Source of the DNA: a virus
Lineage: Duplodnaviria > Caudoviricetes
DNA: 40,019 nt
IMG/VR virus record: IMGVR_UViG_3300032320_001476
Span: 1 to 40,019 of that record
Direction: 5' to 3' (one strand)
The notes below the pieces were generated by a model. The model was not told the origin of the DNA. It saw nothing but the letters and a program-made list of their open reading frames with translations, and made no database searches. Shown piece after piece: positions 1 through 7,442 of the stretch. The translations under genes and the position numbers were made by a program. How positions within the stretch are numbered: the first letter of the stretch is position 1; each line of letters begins with the position of its first letter.

Positions 1-31
1 CGTAGTGTATTATCCATTATACTATAGCGAT
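1..31 (-). tRNA. 5' part of a tRNA gene, truncated by the window edge (isotype not readable)
   Basis: Minus strand reads ATCGCTA-TA-GTAT-AATGGATA-ATAC-A-CTACG: acceptor 5' strand, U8-A9, D-arm with GG, start of anticodon stem. Confidence 0.7.
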
Positions 32-37
32 AAAATT

Positions 38-126
38 TGGTGGACCGTAAAGGAATCGAACCTAACTGCCGCCACCCTACATATTAATGGCAACGGATTT
101 ACAGTCCGCCGTAGGGAATACGATCC
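38..126 (-). tRNA. Atypical tRNA-Tyr(GTA)-like RNA with no canonical D-arm
   Basis: Acceptor GGATCGT/ACGGTCC-A-CCA, anticodon arm GCGGA-CTGTAAA-TCCGT, T-loop TTCGATT; only 10 nt between acceptor and anticodon stems. Confidence 0.75.
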
Positions 127-129
127 AAA

Positions 130-370
130 ACACACTCATGACCAGGAAGCCCTAGTCCATAAGCAGACTATGTCCGCTCATAAAGAATGTGTGTATTAAA
201 ACATTCTAACAACGCAGGCTATGCCTTACTACGCTATGAGTGTAGCCGTCCCTATAGAATGCTTTAATACGCTGTAATTTTTCACACTACAAGAAGTGCT
301 CCATCCTACAGGCCGCCCGTTCGTCCATGTTTTAAGTGCAGACTGGGACCTCGTTTCCCTTACACACTTT
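130..370 (-). ncRNA. Structured non-coding RNA region leading into the tRNA cluster (possibly manA-motif-like)
   Basis: Stems with G-U pairs on the minus strand: 193-208/255-270 (16 bp), 130-137/185-192, CTGTAG/TTACAG (306-311/272-277); family identity is from recollection only. Confidence 0.5.
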
Positions 371-373
371 GTA

Positions 374-538
374 CTAATTTACACTGTAAGTCGGACTTTT
401 ACGCATCGACTCTTGGTATACTTTAGCACGTTCAAACTTATCTTGAATAAGTTTTTGAAACTGCTCTTTAGTGAGAACATTTTCATAAGCCTGTTCAACA
501 ATACGTTCATTTAATTTTGAGTAATCTATCTTTTCCAT
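374..538 (-). CDS. Small hypothetical protein, 54 aa (MEKIDYSKLNERIVEQ...PTYSVN)
   Basis: Read manually (below ORF-track cutoff); AGGA RBS at 542-545, TAG at 374-376. Confidence 0.6.
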   Translation of the reverse strand: MEKIDYSKLNERIVEQAYENVLTKEQFQKLIQDKFERAKVYQESMRKSPTYSVN

Positions 539-550
539 TTTTCCTTTTCT

Positions 551-590
551 AAAAACAAAAAACCCCAGGGTTTTAATCCTAGGGTCCTTG
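551..590 (-). terminator. Intrinsic terminator, candidate attenuator
   Basis: ACCCTAGG-ATTAAAAC-CCTGGGGT stem followed by a T-rich tail on the minus strand. Confidence 0.8.
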
Positions 591-618
591 AAGTTTTGAA
601 ATGTATTAAGTTTGTTAC

Positions 619-762
619 TTAACCATCCCAGCCCTCCCGGACCCTGGTAATCTCTGGTAAACGATCATTTGTTAGACTATTAATCGTTAGCCAATAAGAG
701 GGCATAAAGCCTCCCAACTGGGCTATTGATTTACATTGTCTATGTAATGATACTGTTTGCAT
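619..762 (-). CDS. Putative leader peptide, 47 aa MQTVSLHRQCKSIAQLGGFMPSYWLTINSLTNDRLPEITRVREGWDG
   Basis: ATG 762 to TAA 619, between a consensus promoter and a terminator; contains AGGGTCC complementary to the terminator 5' arm. Confidence 0.6.
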   Translation of the reverse strand: MQTVSLHRQCKSIAQLGGFMPSYWLTINSLTNDRLPEITRVREGWDG

Positions 763-817
763 TTTGCTTCTTCTTAAACCTTTTTAAATTTGCTAGCGGA
801 ATTGCTAACTTGTTCTT

Positions 818-846
818 ATTGTAGCGCCTTGCTACACCTTTGTCAA
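818..846 (-). promoter_or_regulatory. Sigma70-type promoter for the leader/tRNA operon
   Basis: TTGACA (841-846)-N17-TACAAT (818-823). Confidence 0.8.
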
Positions 847-940
847 CTCTTTTTTTCTACTTTGGTGAAATTACTGAACTAACAACATCGTATATAATAT
901 ACTAATTTTATTTAGTCTTGTCAAGAAATAGTGGCAGAGA

Positions 941-960
941 ATGTGGCGAAAACGCCACAT
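941..960 (-). terminator. Hairpin downstream of ahpD
   Basis: ATGTGGCG-AAAA-CGCCACAT inverted repeat 4 nt after the stop codon. Confidence 0.55.
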
Positions 961-964
961 CTTG

Positions 965-1477
965 TTAACCGTTCAATACTTTTGCTAGACTGTTGATAAC
1001 AGAGGCAATGCGACCAATGTCACGAAGTTGGTCAACTGAGTAACCTTCTTTCTTCAATGTGTCGTAGTGTGCCTTAACGCAGAAGTGACACTTGCCAACA
1101 ATACTTGCGGCAAGACTGTACGATTCAAAACGTGCCTTAGTAGTTCCACCGTGACTGGCAATAGCATTCATGCGTAACTGTGGCGGAATGCCTTCGAGGT
1201 CGCCGCCTACCATTTCAACATAGGGATACCATACGTTGTTCTGTGCCATCAATGATCCTGCGGTCATAGCCGCATCGCGTTCTTTTTCGTCTGCGATGTT
1301 GCTCATAATGAAACTAATCAACTTGCCGTTGCCTGTGCTCATAGCCGCGGCCAACGCACAGCCTTCGGCTTCTTCCACAGGTAGTGTACTACGTTTGATT
1401 ACTGCATCCAGATTTAGTTTTGTGTCCTTGGCGTATTCTGGCAAGCCTTCTTTTAATTGATCAACCCATTGTGTCAT
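965..1477 (-). CDS. ahpD: Alkyl hydroperoxide reductase AhpD (carboxymuconolactone decarboxylase family)
   Basis: LPEYAKD, MAQNNVWY, LRMN and CHFCVKAH motifs; start reassigned to MTQWVD after an AAGGA RBS. Confidence 0.92.
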   Translation of the reverse strand: MTQWVDQLKEGLPEYAKDTKLNLDAVIKRSTLPVEEAEGCALAAAMSTGNGKLISFIMSNIADEKERDAAMTAGSLMAQNNVWYPYVEMVGGDLEGIPPQLRMNAIASHGGTTKARFESYSLAASIVGKCHFCVKAHYDTLKKEGYSVDQLRDIGRIASVINSLAKVLNG

Positions 1478-1478
1478 C

Positions 1479-1895
1479 TTAATTTCCTTTAGTTTGATTT
1501 GAAATTGACTTGTAACCTTTATATGTTGGATGTACACCGTCTGGGCTCAGATCATGATTTCGAGCATTTATCACGTGATCATGATACTTGTTTGCCACTG
1601 CCCAAACGGCTTCCTGTTTATCTTTTTTAATAGCAGGAACAATCCAATATACTCTATCTGCTTTTACTAATTGTCTAAGGGTATCAAGTTCTTCAAAAGT
1701 ATTGATATTCTTGAGATCGTTTGATCCTAGACTGATAATAATAGTTTTGGCTTGATTATTGCCGCCGGTATTCAGTATATGACGATTTACATAATCATAA
1801 CTGTTAATACCAGACTTAGCATAGGTAGCACACTCGGTGCGTACCTGTCCAACTCCTACTGCTAGGCTATCGCCTAGGATCAAACATTCTAGCAT
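1479..1895 (-). CDS. SGNH/GDSL-family hydrolase
   Basis: GDSL block I, SLGSND block III, DGVHP block V. Confidence 0.8.
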   Translation of the reverse strand: MLECLILGDSLAVGVGQVRTECATYAKSGINSYDYVNRHILNTGGNNQAKTIIISLGSNDLKNINTFEELDTLRQLVKADRVYWIVPAIKKDKQEAVWAVANKYHDHVINARNHDLSPDGVHPTYKGYKSISNQTKGN

Positions 1896-1906
1896 GATAG
1901 ATCCTA

Positions 1907-2464
1907 TTATAATGTTTCGCCACCAACTGAGCGGTTACATGCACATAGTTCGCCAGTTTGTAGCGCATCCAATACACGAAGTGTTTCTTCTGGGCTACGA
2001 CCAACATTCAAGTTGTTTACAGTTACGTGTTGGATAACGTTTTCTGGGTCAACAATGAATGTTGCGCGAAGTGCGGCACCTGCTGGCGCATAGAATACAC
2101 CAAGTTGCTCAATCAAACTCAAGTTGTCGCCTGTGTCTGGATTGTAACGCTGTGTGTCTGCAAATTGTGTATGTGTGATCTTTTGTAGATCTGAGTGTGC
2201 CTTCTGCCATGCTACTTTACAGAACTCATTGTCTGTGCTACCTGTTAGCAATACTGCATCACGGTCAGCAAAGTCGCCTGCTAGTTTGTCATAGGCAACA
2301 ATCTCTGTAGGACAAACGAATGTAAAGTCCTTTGGATAGTAAACGATTACTTTCCACTTGCCAGCAAAACTTTCATCTGTAATGTCAAAGAAAGCATCTT
2401 CTGGTTGTCCTGGCTTAACACCAGTGACTACAAATTTTTCTAATTTATCACCAACTGTTTTCAT
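1907..2464 (-). CDS. ahpC: Peroxiredoxin AhpC
   Basis: YPKDFTFVCPTEI peroxidatic motif, LRATFIVDP, VGRSPEE, C-terminal GELCACN. Confidence 0.95.
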   Translation of the reverse strand: MKTVGDKLEKFVVTGVKPGQPEDAFFDITDESFAGKWKVIVYYPKDFTFVCPTEIVAYDKLAGDFADRDAVLLTGSTDNEFCKVAWQKAHSDLQKITHTQFADTQRYNPDTGDNLSLIEQLGVFYAPAGAALRATFIVDPENVIQHVTVNNLNVGRSPEETLRVLDALQTGELCACNRSVGGETL

Positions 2465-2519
2465 ATCATTCTCCTTGTGTGTGTTTGAAAACTAACTTCA
2501 GTGTTTACACTGATAACTT

Positions 2520-2605
2520 ATTGTACATTTATATATCCTATTAATCAAGCGTTTTAATTGATTTTTTCAATAATTATTTCTATAACGCTTATTGAAAAAA
2601 TTAAT
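2520..2605 (-). promoter_or_regulatory. ahpC promoter with upstream OxyR-like operator
   Basis: TTGATT (2543-2548)-N17-TACAAT (2520-2525); ATTA-N7-CAAT-N7-ATAG-N7-TATT at 2569-2605. Confidence 0.55.
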
Positions 2606-2608
2606 AAC

Positions 2609-2630
2609 AAAAGGGCCCAAAGGCCCTTTT
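2609..2630. terminator. Bidirectional intrinsic terminator
   Basis: AAAAGGGCC-CAAA-GGCCCTTTT. Confidence 0.75.
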
Positions 2631-2646
2631 ATAGTCTAATTTAAAA

Positions 2647-3102
2647 TTAAAATCCTACTTTAACGCCTGCGCTGATTACGTTACCGTTAAAATTATCTAC
2701 ACGAGTTTGTAGAGCTGTTTGATAACGATAGTCTGCTGTTAGTGCAACGTTCTTAGTTACGGCATAACTAGCACCAACACCTACCGAACCTTGCCAGCCA
2801 TTGCTGGTAGTGGTTGGATCAATATAAGCAACACCAATCTTTGGAGTGATTGTGACATTGCCAAACTTGGCAACATCATAACCGCCTACTACTGAATAAC
2901 GATTAGTATCGTTTGCGTTTTGAGTATAACGCTCAAATCCGCCGGTAACGCTGGTCTTACCAAATTTTTCACCTAGAGTGATACCAAAACCGTTACGATT
3001 TGGAGTTTGGCTATAATCGCGCTGTGTAGTAACGCCGAGTTCAACAGCAGAAGCAGAACCGACTGCTAAGGCTAATAGAGTTGCTAATGCAATTTTTTTC
3101 AT
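2647..3102 (-). CDS. Small outer-membrane beta-barrel protein (OmpA-TM/Ail-Lom-like)
   Basis: Signal peptide, alternating amphipathic strands, C-terminal GVKVGF. Confidence 0.8.
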   Translation of the reverse strand: MKKIALATLLALAVGSASAVELGVTTQRDYSQTPNRNGFGITLGEKFGKTSVTGGFERYTQNANDTNRYSVVGGYDVAKFGNVTITPKIGVAYIDPTTTSNGWQGSVGVGASYAVTKNVALTADYRYQTALQTRVDNFNGNVISAGVKVGF

Positions 3103-3144
3103 TTATATTTCCTTTATAAAATGACTACTGTGTGTCATTGTGTT

Positions 3145-3174
3145 ATTATATAGTAGTAGTAACCATAGTGTCAA
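3145..3174 (-). promoter_or_regulatory. Sigma70-type promoter
   Basis: TTGACA-N18-TATAAT upstream of the OMP gene. Confidence 0.6.
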
Positions 3175-3206
3175 ATATTTTTACTCCAAACTACTAATAT
3201 TTCTTA

Positions 3207-3674
3207 TTATGCTTTATCCTGTTCTTCATATTCTTTAATTTGGTCACGAAACAGTTCTAACTGACGAATCATGTTATCAACACCGTCTGCGTTCATAGTA
3301 ATTTCGCTGTAACCCATTTGGAAACTAACACGACTGTTACTGGTAATACCTAAACGATAATATGTAGTCGCAGGCTTTTCTGGTTCCTTAGGAGGTTCGA
3401 TCTTTGGAACTGCTTGAGGGGCAGGAAACGGTACTACATTTTTTGGCATTTTATTTCTCTTAAACAAATTGAACATCAAAGGCTCCATGTTAAAATGACG
3501 AGCAACTGGCGGGCACCAAAGAGGTACACTAAGAGCCAGTACAAATCCTAGTGTAGCAAATTCTGGACGGGCATATTGTGTGAATGCAAGATACATACCT
3601 ACCCAAAAGTAGACAAAGCCTGTCCAGAATAGGTAGTATCCGCTAGTACGGCCAAATAACTTCATACTAGACAC
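3207..3674 (-). CDS. Hypothetical membrane protein
   Basis: Two N-terminal hydrophobic segments and a Pro-rich linker; packed against rIIB. Confidence 0.65.
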   Translation of the reverse strand: MSSMKLFGRTSGYYLFWTGFVYFWVGMYLAFTQYARPEFATLGFVLALSVPLWCPPVARHFNMEPLMFNLFKRNKMPKNVVPFPAPQAVPKIEPPKEPEKPATTYYRLGITSNSRVSFQMGYSEITMNADGVDNMIRQLELFRDQIKEYEEQDKA

Positions 3675-3681
3675 AGTCTAA

Positions 3682-4482
3682 TTATTGTGTTACCTTAAGA
3701 GCGGCATCAACTGCGGCCTTAACAGCGGCATCCAACTGCTCTTGTGTGTAGGCTTCATCTTGGACAGGTGCTTTGAAAGCATCGTCTGGATGTACACCCA
3801 ATTCACCAATCACTTCGTAGCGGCAAGCACGACCCTTAGACGCATTGTAGTCAGTAGGAATGCTTACAACATCACGTGGATTGATCTTAAGGATTACTGT
3901 ACGTTCGCCACCGAAGTGGTCCAAGTACTCACGTGAGCAGAAGTGCAGACCGGAACTGCAAGTGTTTTCTGCTTTGTCGTCGACTTGGTTACGTTCCATT
4001 TCAACAATCTGTCCAATGCTGTTATCCATTGTACCAGTATGGCAATCCTTGTAGTCCTTGCGAACTTTCTTGTATGCCAAAAAGTGACCGTCATTGGTAA
4101 TTGGCAAATTGCCCTTTTCCAAAAACTTGTACAGTTCTGTCACAGCACGATGGCTAGGGTTGCTCATCAAGTTCTCCATAAACTGAACCATAGGCTCAAT
4201 TGGAAAACCATCTTGGTACATAGAAATAATTCTATCAGCCAATGTGTTGTGGAACTCTTGTCCCTTCCAGTAGAACTTGTCTCCTTGGATAGCGATGTTA
4301 CCAGCACCATATTCGAGCACAATTTTCTTTGGCTCAATTACGTCTTGTACTGTGTCCCAGTCGCCGGTCTTAATTGCTTCTTTGACTTTCTCATAGGCAA
4401 TATGAGTAGAAGTAATTGTATGTGGATTGTTGTTAATTACAACAACAATGTTTTTGCCTTGAATCAAATATGGAAATGTCAT
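3682..4482 (-). CDS. rIIB: T4 rIIB-like protein
   Basis: LPITNDGHFLAYKKV, CSSGLHFC, INPRDVVSIPTDYN..KGRACRYEV; follows rIIA; AGAAAGG RBS before MTFPY. Confidence 0.9.
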   Translation of the reverse strand: MTFPYLIQGKNIVVVINNNPHTITSTHIAYEKVKEAIKTGDWDTVQDVIEPKKIVLEYGAGNIAIQGDKFYWKGQEFHNTLADRIISMYQDGFPIEPMVQFMENLMSNPSHRAVTELYKFLEKGNLPITNDGHFLAYKKVRKDYKDCHTGTMDNSIGQIVEMERNQVDDKAENTCSSGLHFCSREYLDHFGGERTVILKINPRDVVSIPTDYNASKGRACRYEVIGELGVHPDDAFKAPVQDEAYTQEQLDAAVKAAVDAALKVTQ

Positions 4483-4483
4483 C

Positions 4484-6643
4484 TTAAACACCTTTCTGTG
4501 TGTCAATTAAATTAACGTACTCGGCAACTTCTGTGTTAGGAGCACTACGCAAGTAGGCCAACAACGGATAACGCTTACTAATGGTTGCACATTCATCAGT
4601 AAACTTTTGCACTTGTGCTTCTGGACTAAAAGTTACACCAGGAGCATAACGATTGCACAGACGCTTTAAACTCAAATCGCTATACTTAATCTTTTCAAAC
4701 CCCTCGAATTGGCTAACCAATTTAACATAAGGACTGTTTGGATTAGTGACAGCGTTCACGATATTGCTAGTATAACTGAGCAAGTTAAAATTGTCAACAG
4801 CCTGCAATACCAAACTCATTACAAGTTTATTGTCAATCGGCTTGCTCAAAACACTAACAATATGATCCTCGATGTTGATCCAGTTCTTTTGAGTTTTGAT
4901 AAACTCAATGTCACCCTTACGCACACCGTAGATAGTAGTCTTCAAACCAGTTAAACCGCAGTCCTTCAAGTCATTGTAGAACTGTTTAACATCAGCCATA
5001 CCGTGCTTGCTTTGAACTTCAAAGCCACTTAACGGCAAGTAGTAGTAAGTTTGAGCATCGTCAAATGAATCAGCCTTGCCAGCATCGCGCCAAACCATTT
5101 CACGTTGACGATAGTAACCACCACTGCCACGTTCTTGCAAACACAAGATAGTAACGTTCTTACCCAAACCGCTGTCAGCACGTTCTTTCTTTTCTAATGC
5201 ACTTGCCTGTGAAATACGTTCTGCTGGCGGATTGCAAATAGCCTTAAAGAACGCTTTGGTGTTCATAGGCTTGATCTTGTCAATTTTATCAAGAACAAAT
5301 ACTGTGGCACTATTGTCTGGCTTAGTAGTACGGTAGTGAAACTTAGCACGTTCAAGGGCACCAACATTAGTATCGTTAATAACGAACGCAATTCGTTCTT
5401 CAACAGTGATACCCCAATACGAAATGTGGTCATGACTGCCGTCGGCTTTCTTAACATACTCAATATCAGACTTACGGTTAGGATAAGCCTTGGTATGCTT
5501 GGCATAGTTAAATCCGCGAATGGTGATGTTGTACTTTTTAGCCAAGTCCTCAATAGTCAACTTGAAAGTTTTAGTACCACCGTAACGACTGTCATCGTAT
5601 GTTTCTAACTTAGTGTCAGCCACATATTTCTTAACTGCCGAACTCCACAGACCTGTGTTAGACTTCTTGTACAAGAACATAGCACGGTCCCATAAGTTAG
5701 GGATAGCATCTGCTTCTTTGGCAATATGAATAGCCAACTGATTATTTACTGCCTCTAACTTACGTTTGATAGCATCAACAGTCTGCGGAATGTAAGACAA
5801 ACCTTCACGACTTGCTTGGAAGTCTAACTCGCCAATAGCAAAGTGCATTTCCAAACCACAGTTCAACAACAGGCGTAATTCTCCCATGGCTTGTTCTGTG
5901 TTAGGAACATCAATAGGATAGGCAATATTACCCATGATGGCAACGGCACGACGATGTCCATCTGTGTATGAGTGAACACCAGGAATGATATCCTTGGCAT
6001 CATATTCTACATCACGGAAACGGAAATCACTGACACCACTGACAACCGGACGTAATTTAAAATAAGTGTAGACAGAGCGTGCCTCGTCTTGGAACTTACT
6101 AAAGTCATAACGGTCACTTACTGAGAATTTAATCTCTACACCTGCAGGTTCAGCAGTTTGCTCTTCACCCATCTTGGCAATACTAGGTACACCTGCATCA
6201 TTAATGAAAGCAGAGTAGATGCCTTTAACACCGTCTTTGATTGCGGTTACTGTAAAGTTATCAGTGTAACTAAACGGACTCTTTGAACCCAAACCTAACG
6301 CACCAATAAAGTCGTTACTGTTGGTCTTAGTACTTTCAAAGTAAGTTGTATAGATGTTTGTGACCTGCTCATGATTCAAACCGGTACCATAGTCGCGAAT
6401 AGCGAACCACGGTTCTAATTGGTTAGGTAAGTGTACATCAAATGGTGTATCTTGTTTACCAGCGGCAGTATGGCTGTCAACTGCGTTACATGAGAGTTCA
6501 CGGATGATAGCACGGATCTTGTTAGCATACAAGCCCGAGCTCAAAATGTTAAATGCCTTAGCAGAGTTACGAATACGAAATTCGCCAATTTCACCAACGT
6601 TGCTCAAAATTGCTTCGTTTTGTGGTGCTGTGTTGATAATCAT
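4484..6643 (-). CDS. rIIA: T4 rIIA-like protein (N-terminal GHKL ATPase)
   Basis: LYANKIRAIIRELSCNAVDSH, IRDYGTG, IGALGLGSKSPFSY, SREGLSY. Confidence 0.9.
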   Translation of the reverse strand: MIINTAPQNEAILSNVGEIGEFRIRNSAKAFNILSSGLYANKIRAIIRELSCNAVDSHTAAGKQDTPFDVHLPNQLEPWFAIRDYGTGLNHEQVTNIYTTYFESTKTNSNDFIGALGLGSKSPFSYTDNFTVTAIKDGVKGIYSAFINDAGVPSIAKMGEEQTAEPAGVEIKFSVSDRYDFSKFQDEARSVYTYFKLRPVVSGVSDFRFRDVEYDAKDIIPGVHSYTDGHRRAVAIMGNIAYPIDVPNTEQAMGELRLLLNCGLEMHFAIGELDFQASREGLSYIPQTVDAIKRKLEAVNNQLAIHIAKEADAIPNLWDRAMFLYKKSNTGLWSSAVKKYVADTKLETYDDSRYGGTKTFKLTIEDLAKKYNITIRGFNYAKHTKAYPNRKSDIEYVKKADGSHDHISYWGITVEERIAFVINDTNVGALERAKFHYRTTKPDNSATVFVLDKIDKIKPMNTKAFFKAICNPPAERISQASALEKKERADSGLGKNVTILCLQERGSGGYYRQREMVWRDAGKADSFDDAQTYYYLPLSGFEVQSKHGMADVKQFYNDLKDCGLTGLKTTIYGVRKGDIEFIKTQKNWINIEDHIVSVLSKPIDNKLVMSLVLQAVDNFNLLSYTSNIVNAVTNPNSPYVKLVSQFEGFEKIKYSDLSLKRLCNRYAPGVTFSPEAQVQKFTDECATISKRYPLLAYLRSAPNTEVAEYVNLIDTQKGV

Positions 6644-6683
6644 CTATAGCCTTTCTATGCCTAGTTGTTTACTGTATGTCATT

Positions 6684-6712
6684 AGTATAACACCGCTTTT
6701 TGATTATGTCAA
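6684..6712 (-). promoter_or_regulatory. Sigma70-type promoter for rIIA-rIIB
   Basis: TTGACA-N17-TATACT with extended TG. Confidence 0.75.
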
Positions 6713-6762
6713 CACTCGATGGTTTCAAATTTTGGAGTCATTGACAGCAATTTGTCCAAAAG

Positions 6763-6784
6763 AAAAGGCTCCGAAGAGCCTTTT
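6763..6784. terminator. Intrinsic terminator after tmRNA
   Basis: AAAAGGCTC-CGAA-GAGCCTTTT (UUCG loop on the minus strand). Confidence 0.8.
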
Positions 6785-7190
6785 GGTTGTTTTGGTTACA
6801 AGGTAAGTCCTACCCCGGAGTTGCAGTTTCTTAGGCTGCTACTAGACCCTTGTCGGCTGTGAAGCCTTCAACAGTGAAGTACTCGAATGTAGATGCGTTT
6901 GCATTTACTAGTTTTGCTTGATTTACGGTCATCGCCTACCGTGTTGCCGTCTCTACTATCTACCCCTGTCGAATCCAAATCAGGCCCATCATAAAGATAC
7001 TAGTTAGTAAATCTATACCAGTATATGATCCAAGTTGTTAAACAACCGCATATCAAAGATATCTCGATCATTTCGATCCATTCTTCTTTGCTAATTGGTT
7101 TAAACTTCTTTTCCATTAAATCCTTATGGTGGACCTGGCGGGTTTCGAACCCGCGTCCAAGAGTCCTTCGCTTTGAAGGGATTACAACAA
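6785..7190 (-). ncRNA. ssrA: Permuted (two-piece) tmRNA: acceptor piece ~7190-7127, coding piece 6987-~6785; tag ANASTFEYFTVEGFTADKGLVAA
   Basis: GGACGCGGGTTCGAAACCCGCCAGGTCCACCA precedes GGGCCTGATTTGGATTCGAC; acceptor stem GGGCCTG/CAGGTCC has G3-U70; tag ORF 6902-6831; outer ends approximate. Confidence 0.9.
7000..7116 (-). CDS. 38-aa putative membrane peptide in the tmRNA intervening segment
   Basis: AAGGA RBS 5 nt before ATG; MEKKFKPISKEEWIEMIEISLICGCLTTWIIYWYRFTN. Confidence 0.5.
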   Translation of the reverse strand: MEKKFKPISKEEWIEMIEISLICGCLTTWIIYWYRFTN

Positions 7191-7194
7191 TACC

Positions 7195-7398
7195 TTAGGT
7201 GGGCTGAATATTACTAGCCTGCTCACCTTTTTGACCCATAGTGATATCAAATCTTACACTCTGACCTTCTTGGAGTGTTTTGAAACCACCCGTCTGAATT
7301 TGAGAGAAATGAGCAAATAAGTCATTGCCGCCGCCGTCCGGTGTAATGAAACCAAAACCTTTAGCGTCATTGAACCATTTTACTTTTCCTGTTGCCAT
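7195..7398 (-). CDS. cspA: Cold-shock protein
   Basis: [18 protein letters not shown]...LFAHFSQI (RNP1/RNP2); start reassigned. Confidence 0.95.
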   Translation of the reverse strand: MATGKVKWFNDAKGFGFITPDGGGNDLFAHFSQIQTGGFKTLQEGQSVRFDITMGQKGEQASNIQPT

Positions 7399-7442
7399 TA
7401 TTACTTTTTTCCTTGTTGTTAAAAATGTTTTCTGTCTGTGTG

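Noticed and set aside
5-514. Plus-strand ORFs 5-199 and 296-514
   Set aside because: Antisense to tRNAs, structured RNA and a better-supported minus-strand ORF; no RBS or protein-like features
3685-5608. Several alternative-frame and antisense ORFs within rIIA/rIIB, including 190 aa at 3943-4515
   Set aside because: Shadows of well-conserved genes
6504-6806. 100-aa plus-strand ORF
   Set aside because: Antisense to the rIIA start, its promoter and a terminator
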